Assembly: GCA_004431415.1 (NCBI GenBank)
Contig: QPMI01000040.1
Location: 1-64,000, forward strand
Reading direction: 5' to 3'
DNA: 64,000 nucleotides
Source of the DNA: Cyanophora paradoxa CCMP329
Taxonomy: Eukaryota; Plantae; Glaucophyta
A program made the position numbers and the translations under genes. This document shows, one piece after another, positions 9,535-19,784 of the stretch. Position 1 is the stretch's first letter, and every line of letters begins with the position of its first letter. The notes below the pieces were generated by a model. That model did not search any database. It saw nothing but the letters and a program-made list of their open reading frames with translations, and was not told the DNA's origin.

Positions 9535-10172
9535 GACTTAAACTCGCGCAGCGCCGCCTGCTCCTCGCTGAGGTTCTCTGACTTCATTCGATCGCTGTAG
9601 GGCTCGGGCGGAGTTCCAGCCTTCACGTGCATCCAAAATAGATGTAAGCACCGCCGCATGAGCTCGATGTACCTCTCGTCCCGTCTGACGTACCACGTTT
9701 GCACGCGCAGAGGCGTGAAACAGAAAAGTTCGGCCCAGTCGCGGCCCGTGATGTCCAGAAGTCCTTGCAGTTGAGGCATATAATAGGTAGGAACTCTATC
9801 ATAAAGTTCGCCCTTGTACGGGCATTTCACCTCTAAAATTCTATCATTTCCTATAAGTCCGTCGGGACTACCGGCGAGGAACGGCATTTCTTTATGTTCG
9901 TGCAGTCCAGTATGTTTAATGTCAACGTTATCGTTCAGTGCCTTGTAGATAGAGACCGCGAGGGGCTCATAGTCATGCCCATAGGTTAGGGCAGGGTTGT
10001 CAAAGTTGTTTTCCTCCGCTATCCCGCTTAGCTCCGCCACAGGCGGGCCCTGGATTTCCAGGGTTTATGCCGCACGCAGCCGCAAAATTAGATGCAGTTA
10101 GTTTTTCACGGCGCGCCGCGTGCCACGCTGCGCTCCCTGTTGCAAAGTCTCGCAATTTGTATCGGTATGCAT
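9519..10172 (-). CDS. YqaJ-like viral recombinase / lambda-exonuclease family nuclease (frameshifts in the 5' third)
   Basis: QG(S)AAWHAARREKLTASNFAAACGINPW...ALTYGHDYEPLA...FLAGSPDGLI...ILEVKCPY...YYMPQLQGLLDITGRDWAELF: PD-(D/E)xK YqaJ motifs. Confidence 0.9.
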
Positions 10173-10222
10173 AGCGTAGCCTCGCAGTAGCGTTTAGAAT
10201 TTCTTGATGTGTGCAATTGCAA

Positions 10223-10884
10223 ATGTCGGATGCAGAGGAAGCGCCCAGGGACGTGATCGCACAGTTCATAGATCAGGTCAAGGACCTTAGACGCTGGGTG
10301 GTAGAGCAGGCCTCGCGACCGAATCGACAGCGCCAACCCTGGCCGGTGCTAGAGCTGGCCCGGGCAGGGTGGCTAGACACGCATTACAACTCTGGCGGGG
10401 CCCTTTACGTTCGGAGCCACGACGAGGGCAGGATTATCGACGAGTTCAAGCGCATCTGGTTCGCCCTGGGCTCCAAGCTCAGCATACTCTCGACCCTCCC
10501 GGACCACATTCGCATGCAAATCCTCGAGTGGTACGCGAAGGCAAGGGACTCGCAATGGGACGACGTAAATTTGCGCGACCTCTCGCGCTTGCGCTCGGCT
10601 GTGACGGCGTATGTCACAAACTATGATTATCACGTCAAAAAGCCCCAATTCGAAGTTGAGCCAATTCCGATGAATCTGGTACCCCTGGGATGGGAAGAGT
10701 ACCCCGAGTACTCGTGGAACAGGGGCCTCAACCCCCGCGCCAGGCCCTGCCAGCCCGCCCGCCCACCGATAAACGCCCCGCCCCGCGTGACGTCAGACGG
10801 GACATACGCGAATGGGAGGAGTGGAGCAACGACCCGAAGAACTGGCTACCCGGGAGGCGGAGATGCGGAAGCGCGCGAGGCTGA
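10223..10884 (+). CDS. Hypothetical protein, paralog A of a tandem pair (frameshift near the C-terminus)
   Basis: Intronless ORF MSDAEEAPRDVIAQF...; shares motifs with 10951-11687. Confidence 0.6.
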
Positions 10885-10950
10885 TGCCCGGCGACAGGTA
10901 CCCCGACCGCGAGTAGGGGTACAGGTATAAATTCTCACCGAGCCGCGAGC

Positions 10951-11687
10951 ATGGCGCGAACACGCGAGTCCGACGTGCTGTACAACAACGGCGACCTGGA
11001 CGGGAGATTCGACAGCGGAACGTGGACTTGGAGGATGCGAACGCAGTGCTGGAGGGGAGGCGCACGTCCTCAGGGGCGGCTCGCCGGCGGAGAACTTCAT
11101 GGAGCGCGTGCTCTACCTTGTGCGCTGGATTAGAGACGAATTCCACGACGAGCGAGAGCTCCCGGACAGGGAGATGATCAGGGCCGCGGGCTTGATGGGT
11201 ATGACAGAGAACCCGAGATCGTACCTGAGGCGCGAACGCAGGGATCTGAACGGCGATTGGGCCGACCTGCAAGCGCTGTGGACGGCCTTTGCGAACCGCA
11301 AGAGCCAGATCCTTGCCCTGCCCGCGCAGGTACAGCAGCGTATCATTGATTTCGTAGCCCCCTGGCGCGACGAGTCCCTCCAGCAGCCATTCATGCAACC
11401 ACGCTTCCTCTCCGGGCTCAGGAGCGCGTTCTTCCACTTGGCCGTGAGCAGCGACCGGTATTTCACACCGCAGAGGATCGTTCACGGCGAATTCGGCATA
11501 CCCCCGAGTGGCTGAATTTTGCCACCGTACCCCTTCCCCACCCCGCCTCGAAGGCCCCCCCTCCCCTACCCCCGAGCAGCGTGAGTCACTCAAGCGTCAG
11601 AGGGAGGTACGCGAATGGATGGACGACACCAGCCACTGGGTACAGGGCGAGGCCGAATTACGCAAGTTCGGAAGGTTCGGGCAGTAA
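10951..11687 (+). CDS. Hypothetical protein, paralog B of a tandem pair (frameshifted)
   Basis: MARTRESDVLYNNG...LQALWTAFANRKSQILALPAQVQQRIIDFVAPWRD...LSGLRSAF...REWMDDTSHWVQG. Confidence 0.6.
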
Positions 11688-12037
11688 CAGCGGGGGGTAC
11701 AGCATTCAGTTAGAGCCTGAGCATCGTTAGAGGCCGGGAGGCCCCCCGAGGGGTACACCGGCTGTTACTCCCCGCGTCGGTTAGTGCTAGCCCCCCTGTT
11801 AGTGCAGCGTGTACCTGATCGCAATATAACACCCAAACCTCCGCGACGCGTGACTCATGCAACCTCCGAGGGTTAACAATGCATTGACAGCGAAGGGGCA
11901 AGCTCGAGAGCTCAACGCTTCACAAAGGCCCACGTATATAGCTAGAGGCTACCGGTAGCGGGAGCCTAGCGCCGCGGCGCTAGTACCCGCGCTACTACCG
12001 CCGTGACTGCGCCGTGACGCCGCCGTCTACCGGTACT

Positions 12038-12559
12038 CAGTGATGAGTCTCTAATTTATAATACAAAATAATACTCATTTATATAATTATTATAATAAAC
12101 ATTACTGTAATAGTCCCAGGGCGGCAGTTATCGATAACAATAAAATAACCGGGGGGATACAGGCTACAAACACTCTAAACGCTGCGTAATTCATGCTTAG
12201 CAACGCCTACGTCAAAAAGAAACGATGCGCAGCAAGCTATAAGAGTCGTACAGCATCTTTGGCGTTCCGGCAGGTCGCCCGCCCGCCCGCCCAGCCACGG
12301 GGGTACAGTGGGTACGGCGCCTCCCTCTGGTGAAACCACGGGAATTTAGATGTCTGCATTCTGAAATCCACAATATAATAGCTTAGGCGATGTTCTTATC
12401 CCTTTTCTAACGTTTTCAAGCTGTTCTGTGAGGTGCGGGGGTGCCCTCTCTATGGAGCGTTATTTATAATACGCTAATCGTTATAATAATATTATATAAC
12501 GTTAGTGTAATATTATAATAAAAGAGCGTATTTTGGTCTAATCTGTAATCCCATCACTG
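12038..12559. mobile_element. Non-autonomous hAT-like MITE
   Basis: Ends CAGTGATG...CATCACTG; degenerate AT-rich subterminal inverted repeats; exact 8-bp TSD CCGGTACT at 12030-12037 and 12560-12567. Confidence 0.85.
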
Positions 12560-13514
12560 CCGGTACTACCGGTACTCGGAATTCGCTAGCGCTAGCGCTC
12601 GCGATCGGAATTCGAACTCGGAACTTTGAGCTCGAGTCGGAAGTTCGGAAAGCTGAGCTCGGCCCCTCCGAAAAGGTCGCGTCACAGGCTCACAGCAGCT
12701 GAGCTAACGTCACTCGCGTGTTCCACTCATCTTGAAGATCTCTTGATTCTCTTCCCTTGAATCACGCCGTTATCAAAGTAGTATCATAGTATGATGGCAT
12801 CATCACGGGCCATTCACGGCGCCCTTAATGCCCTTATGATGGGCCTTATGGCCCTTATCATGGCCCTTAGGATGCCCTTATCGCTGCAATATATTAATGA
12901 GAACAAAATAATAAAATTAGTGTCGAATTAAATTTGCTCATTCATCAAAATTAACGTGGCTCCATTTCTGCTAAACATGTGTTCACGTGCAAGTGAGCGA
13001 GCCGTGTGAATATGTTGACGCATATCGACGTTTCGACTTCGGAGATGATCGACGTTTCGGAATGAAAATTGTTAATTACGCACTATTACTTGTACCCCTG
13101 CTGGCTCCTTGTCAGAGTCCGGATCCTTGATCGAAAGCTTGCTTGCTTGCACGCGCGGCCGCCGGGCGCGCCGCGGCCCCACTGCTTGTCTGGAAGATTC
13201 CCGAAAGCTGAAGTCTCTGCGCCTCTTCACTGCAGCTGCTTCCAGTCGGGTCAAGCTGCTCGCCCTTCGAAGATCTAGATCTAGAACGACGAATTGGTGG
13301 GCGCCCTGCACCTGCAGCTGGATCGGTGCGAGCGCGCGACGTTGACGGCTCTGGGTCTTCTTGAAGCTCGGAAACATCGGCTCCCCCACAAAAACGGTGC
13401 TTTCTGTGCTACTGCTCCTCGTGTGCTGCCCGTAAGCTTGCAATTGGTGCCAGACGCATTGAGCATGCCAAACCCAGGACTCGGCCTCTCTCGATCTGGG
13501 ATCGGCGTCCGCGG

Positions 13515-16500
13515 ATGAGCAAAGAGCGCCGGAAGGCGGCGGCGACGACGTCGGCGGCTGCGAGCCCGCCGTGCTCAGAGAGGGGATCGCCGGCGCTGGA
13601 CCCTGATCATGAGCCGTCACCCGTTCAAAGCCCAGGCCATGCATATGGCCGCAAAGAGTCTCTCGCTCCGGTGAGCTCCCCATGCCGCCTTCTCGACCAT
13701 CGACGAGCCACGACGCGGCGCCGTTCGCCGTCTGCGCGTTCCCATGGCCACTTCATGGTCATCTGACCGGTACCGCTCGGCGGACCCGGCAGCTCGCGCT
13801 CCTCCAGCTCCGGGGCATGGGGAAGGGCGAGCTCTGGACGTGCCCCGCGCTGGACAACGCCCACAACCTTGTGAAAGGGGACAACCTTTACAGTGCGCGC
13901 CCTTAGAACCGTACACCTTTTGCCTCTAAACGCTGTTCATCGCTCACTGAGTCAACCCATATTAGTCGTTAATGTTTGTATCTCTGATCACGCTCCCGCC
14001 CGCTCAACTTCTGCGCTCCCATCGCAGTTGTCCTCCCGCGCGCCATCGAACTGGACCCGGATTCGCGGCTTCAGATTCACGTCTCGGGGCTCGATGGGTA
14101 CCCCTGCGAGGCCCGCGTACCCCTCCTCGATGAGCAGTGCGTACCCATCCCTGGCGAAGCCCCTGCGCCCTACCCCCGCGGCTCGTGCACCCGCGCCGCG
14201 GCCGGGGCCCGCCGCCGACCCGGGCCCGGGCCCGGACCGCTTCGCAGCGGGAAATGCGTGGAGCGCATGCCCATCGCGGATCGCCTCCAGTGGTCCCTCT
14301 GCCTCCTCGAGGTGCGTCACCGTACCCCTGCCCGCGGCATCAGGATACCGATTCGCGATCGCCGCGGCGCCCCGCCGGATTCGAACCCGTAAATCTCGCA
14401 GGGGGACGATCTGGACCCCAAATCGGGCGTGAAGAAGAGCCTGAGGCGGGAGATCGGCCCGTTGGAGGCCGACGGGCACGCCGTCCTCGTCCTCTCCATC
14501 CCCTCCTCCATCCTCGACGACTCGTCCCTTCGTGACGCGGTGCGCGCACGCGTGCACGCGTACCCCGCCTGAGCTTCTTCCCCTCCCCTCCCCCCACGCC
14601 CTCCTTCCTTTCTTTCCTTCTTTCGTTTGTTCGTTAGTTCTCGATCTCAAGCTTGGTCTTATGCGCGGCCAGGTTTGCGTTGTCACGTTCCGGGACTGCG
14701 CCGGCCCCGTCGCCCGGTTCGCGGCGCGGTTCTGCTCACGCGAGCTCAAGAACGGCCCTTCCGGTGCGCATGCGCTCGCGCGGTTAATTAAATTCCAAAG
14801 AAACCGTACCCTTCTAGGTCCTTTCATTCCAGTGTAAGTAAACATAATGCATTGATCGCAGGGGAGCTGGTGAAGGAGGCAGAGCTGAACAGGCTTAAGA
14901 AGCACATCCTGAAGAAGCGCCAAGCCCACAGAGGTGCCCCAGACCTAAAGTACTTTAGATATCGATCTTCAAATATTGATAAATATGTATCCCGATCCCC
15001 AGCCTTTAGTTTCTGCTCTAGATCTGCGCGGATTGCGCATGCTGCAATATATACGTATTAATATTTATCGCGATCGCGCCCAACAGGGATTGCGCACCGA
15101 GCCACGTCGGGCTCGCGAACGGCGGTGGCGGAGGCGGAGGCGGCTCCCGCGTGCTCCGCGCCCCGCCCCATGCCGCCCTTCAGGCGGCTCAGCTTGGCCA
15201 GCGCCGGCGCCGGCGTCAGTGGCCATGGGGGGATCAGTCCGCGGTCGGTCCCGAGCCACGCCCACGTGCAGGGGCCGCCCGAGCTCCGCAAACGTAAGCA
15301 CTGGCTCACATAAGCTTTAAATTTGAGCTTATAGCTTATAATTAAGATATGAAGCAATGGCTCACACTCTTCATGTACTTGCAATTGTGCGCGCAGGGTC
15401 CTTGTCGACCCCCGACCTGGACGCCACGGGATCGCCCCGCGATTGCAGGCCGATGTGCATCTCGCCCCGAGCCCGGCCCGTCGCCATCTCTCCCCGGCCC
15501 GCGCCGTCGCCGCCGGTGCTGCGGCCGTCGCCGCCGGTGCTGCGGCCGTCGCCGCCGGCGCCGGCGTGCACGTGCCCGCCGCCGCCGCCGCCGCGGCCCC
15601 GGCCTCGGCCCCGGAGCTGCACCAGCTGCAAAGGCCGGCCGCCGTGCACCCGATGCAAGCGCATATGCATCTGGGCATGGCACCATGGCCAGGCCCCGTC
15701 CCGGCCGCCCCAGCGCTCGGGCACCCCTTCACGGCCGGCGCTGGCCACGGCCATGGTGAGCGTACCACCCGCCGCCGCCGCCGCCATTTCTTTCTGATCC
15801 TTTTTCGCAGACCGGGTGAAGCTCGAACCGCCGGCCCAGGCATGTTTTGAATTCGCCGCGACCGGACCGCGGCTGGGGATTCATGATCACGTGGCCCATG
15901 CCCATGGCCACGTGCACCCCATGGCCAACACCTGTACATGTCCGCCGGCACCGGTACCCCAACTTCTGGCCCACGCGTACGGCCATGGCCACCATCAGAC
16001 GGCCACCGGTACCCCGCACCCGCCCGGCCCGCCGGCGCCGGCGCCGGCGACGGCGACGGCGACGGCGCCTCCAGCCGATCGCGACTGCTGGTCGGCCCAC
16101 GGCCAAGGCCAGCGGCCCGCCCCCCGGGTCATATGCAGCCTCAGGTGAGCTAGCTTTCAGACTTCTTTGTTGTAACCCGTGGGCCTCCGGCCGCGGCCCG
16201 CCCGCCCCGCGCCGCCGACCGCCGGCGCCGGCGCCGGCGCCGGCAGCCTCTGGGGGACGCCTCCTGATGAGCGGCCGCAGGCACCGGCCACGGTACCGGT
16301 ACCGGTGCCCCCGCAATCCTTCGGCTCAAACCTGGACGCGCGGGCCGCGATCTCGAGCTCCGCTGGCCCGCCCCCGCCTCCGCCAGCGGGCACGGTCCCC
16401 GCGGCCGGCCCTTTCTTCCTCCCGCGCGTCGGATTCCCCCCCGCGGCCGGCGCCGCCCCGGGCCCGCCCCGGGGCGCATGCGCACCCCAGTGCGGGGTAC

Positions 16501-17355
16501 ATGCCCATGGCCACGTGCATGGCCATATGCATGGGCTCGCGGCGCCGACGGCGGATCCGAGCGTCCAGTACCCCTCGCCGCCCTCCGACGCGTCGACCGT
16601 TGTCTCTACCCCGCCGCTCAGCCCCCCCGGCCAGCCTTCAATCGACGTGTACCCAGTCCCGTCTTCGGACTGCGCCCCGCGTGCGCCCCGCGCTTTCTCT
16701 TTGCCTCGATGCCGCTAACGCCACACTCTCAATCTTAGCGTCACGTATTACTATCATATCATTCATTTGAAATTCTAGTCTATTCGAAATTCTTAAGCTT
16801 CCGCCGGGCCGGGTTAACGTTCGCAGTCGGTTTTTGATATCGATGTCTTCTTCTGACGAGAGGCCCGGGCCGGCGTCTGACGCGCAGGCTTTGACGGGGG
16901 GCCCGTCCCCGTCCCAACCCAGGACCTCGTCCCCCTCGAGGTACCCCCCCACCACTCCCCCCCCGGGTGCCATCCGATCGCGAGATCTAGCTATATATAT
17001 AGACGCCTTAAAGTTCGCGCATGCGAATCGAACTGATAGGGGCCGAGTTGTCCGGATTGCCTATAGCTCTAACTAGCTATATATAGACCTTCGCCTGCAA
17101 CTGCGCGCACGATCGCGATAGACCTTTCACGATATCGCGATCATGATCATGATCACGACCTGGCCCGGCTCGCGATCGGCCCCCGCGCAGGCGATGTGCA
17201 CTTGGGGACCCGCCCCGGACTTCCCGGACGGCATCGAGATGGCATCAGCAGTGCAGAACGCCGCGCCGCCCCCGTACGCGTGGGCGGCCGGCGGCGGCCT
17301 TGCGGGCCCCGCCACTGCGTCCCCGGCCCAATGGGCCGGGATGCATGCGCAGTGA
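13515..17355 (+). CDS. Multi-exon hypothetical protein with a globular N-terminal region and His/Pro/Gly-rich low-complexity C-terminus (possible transcription regulator)
   Basis: Spliceable exons VLPRAIELDPDSRLQIHVSG..., GDDLDPKSGVKKSLRREIG..., VCVVTFRDC...FCSRELKNG, ELNRLKKHILKKRQAHR; HGHGH tracts; ends ...QWAGMHAQ*. Confidence 0.45.
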
Positions 17356-18020
17356 CGGCCCCGGGAGTCCGCCTGCACGCTGGGCGGCTGGCCCAAGGCC
17401 AGAAGCCTGGCGGCCGCAACGTTAACGGCGGGGGCCAAGCTCCCGCCGGCGCGCGCGGCCGCGGCGCCCCCCAAATTAATGTAGGATACAAAAAATTAAA
17501 GCGCGTTTTATACTTATCTTCCTCGTTTCGATCGTGCGCATTCGTTCGGTTCTCATGCATTCGAATTTTAAACTATAGCTAGCTATAAAAGCAGGCCAGG
17601 CCTCCGGATCCTCATGATCACTTCGAATCTTCGTATCTATAGTTCGACGTTTGCAGCATAGATAATTGCATTGGTGTAGACGTCGACGCCGCGAGACGGC
17701 ACGTGCACGCTTCGAAATTCTGGAAATTGGCTTTTAAATCATGAAATTCTGATTCGTACGGATACGTACGCGCGCGTGCTGAGAGCCGCCGTGCTCTCGA
17801 GCTCTAGATCTACTTCGTCATTCGATCTTCGAACCAGTATACGTAGATTCTGCGACTATCATATGCATAGAATTTTGCGTTTGTACACATACATTATACA
17901 TGTATCGTATTTCTCGTTAGTACTGTAGCACTGTGTAAGTATGATTGCCGTCGTACGTTGTAGCGTTTTGTCACGCAGTTTGAGACTTCTTGGAGTTAAC
18001 ATTGGCCTGCCGATTCTTAA

Positions 18021-18283
18021 GTGACAGGCACCTAACGGTTCAAGGCTTCGAGCTTCTGACTATCCCACGGATCTCTAGACGGGCAGTAAAAGAGACTACG
18101 CACACGGACGGGCTCCGTGGTGGTCAGAGTAGCCTGCAGCTGGACCCCGTTATAACCGGCCCCCGGGCCCTGCTGAACAACAGCAGCGGCGCCCTCGGGC
18201 AGAACCGGCGTGGTATAATTACAACCGTGAGAGTCGAGATCCGTGGGATAGTCAGAAGCCTTGAACCGTTAGGTGCCTGTCAC
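18021..18283. mobile_element. MITE with ~48-bp TIRs flanked by TTAA
   Basis: Left GTGACAGGCACCTAACGGTTCAAGGCTTC(gagcttc)TGACTATCCCACGGATCTC is the reverse complement of 18236-18283; TTAA at 18017-18020 and 18284-18287. Confidence 0.9.
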
Positions 18284-19784
18284 TTAAGACGATCGATGAC
18301 CGTCATTCCGTCATCAAATTCTGTAATCGCTACCGTTTATTAAAATATTTTGCATTAGGCTAGCTAGCACTTTCAAGTTTCAAGGCTTGTATACGTAATT
18401 ACAAGTTTACAGAATTTTCGCCGCCTAAACTCCATTCGCGATTTCAATGCACCATGTATACGTAGCTATAGAGTTAATTAGGACTGTCCTGCATCGTGTT
18501 GATTATAACGTAACGTGTTCTTCGATCATGATCATGATCATGAGTCGCCTGACGTCGACTCATCATGATCAGTGAGGCCAGGGCTACCGCAGCCTGGCAG
18601 AGTCGGCGCAGCCTTAAGCTCACTGCTCATGATCATGATCAGCGGCTGTCATGCTCAGTTTCATATGCATCGAATGCCCGGCGGCCATCATGGCATGGCC
18701 ATCGATATCGGTTACGTGATCGCATGCATATGATCATGAAGAGTTCATGTTTAACGGTTCTTGTTTCTTGAGGACATGAAAAAAACTCTTGAACTGGCAC
18801 CCGGCCCGTGACCCGGCTACTCGGCGGCTAGCGCTGCGCTGAGTTTGGCAGCGGATCTCGGAGATCTAGATTCTCGGTGCCAGTTGATGGCAAACTTTGC
18901 CAGCCAGTGCTCAATCGAAGCCAGTCTGCCACAAATGTAACACAATGCAAATTGAGTCGATCAGGTGATGCGGAGTGGGGCCACTGGCACAGTCTGGCAG
19001 GAGATTTTGTGCGGACTGGCAGTCTGGCAGAATCTGACAGTTGACTCTGGCATGCATTGGCATTGGCTGCCGGGCAGTGCCGGCGCCTGCCGCAAGTTCA
19101 CGCACTGTTGATCCCATATATAGTCAAGCATTATAATTACGGAAATTAGGGACAATTACCCTGAACTTCGGAATTCGGTGCTTTTCTGCCACTCAGAAGG
19201 GGCCTTCAGGGGGTACGTGCAGTCCAACTCAGGGGAGTCCGGCGCTCAGTCCCGCGCGCATGCGCAAGTTCAGCTCAACTTCGAATATTAATTCAGCAGC
19301 CGCTGAGCGCAAGGGAATTCGAAGCAGGCAGGCCGCAGGCTGCACAGCTGCACAGCCATATGCATGCTGCATGAGCGCCTTGCATGAGCGGGGGCGGATG
19401 GTCTGAAGCAGCCTCAAGCGCTCGGTGAGCTTCAAACGTGAGACGAGGAGCGGCCGTGAAGCTGGGCCTTCGCAGGCTGAGCAGCACTAGGCCAACTTGC
19501 CGCCCCACAGCCCGGCCTTCAGCATCCTACAGCGCTGAGTCGCTGACCATGAGCCGCTAAGCTTCTGCTGAGGTAGAATCAGATCAGCATACGTGTCCCT
19601 GGGCTGCAGCTGGCGACCGACGTACACAGGCACCGGTTCGACGGATCGTGGCCGCAGCCGGTGCACATGCGCCGCCCCTGCTTGCTCAGCCGTTCCCTGG
19701 TGTGTTCTCGCACTTCTGAAGGGGTGCGGTTGCGCAGCTTCCGACGCCGAGCCTGCGCGGCGTTCCCCCAGGCCCGAACTGATC

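Larger units (their letters stand above)
1..11900. mobile_element. Putative endogenous viral element / virus-like island (left boundary may lie outside the window; right boundary approximate)
   Basis: Densely packed, largely intronless ORFs unlike the intron-rich host genes; UL9-like helicase, YqaJ exonuclease, small hydrophobic ORFs, ori-like palindromes, many frameshifts. No capsid, integrase or polymerase recognised. Confidence 0.7.

Noticed and set aside
12570-12700. Possible terminal inverted repeat matching the window start (TGACGCGACC, AGCGCTAGCGCTAGC, GCCGAG..CGAACTT)
   Set aside because: Only short patches match, with inconsistent order and spacing; insufficient to define element ends.
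18780-19170. Possible transposon remnant with GGCAGTCTGGCAG repeats and a CAGGGTAATT-like end
   Set aside because: No matching second TIR or TSD found.
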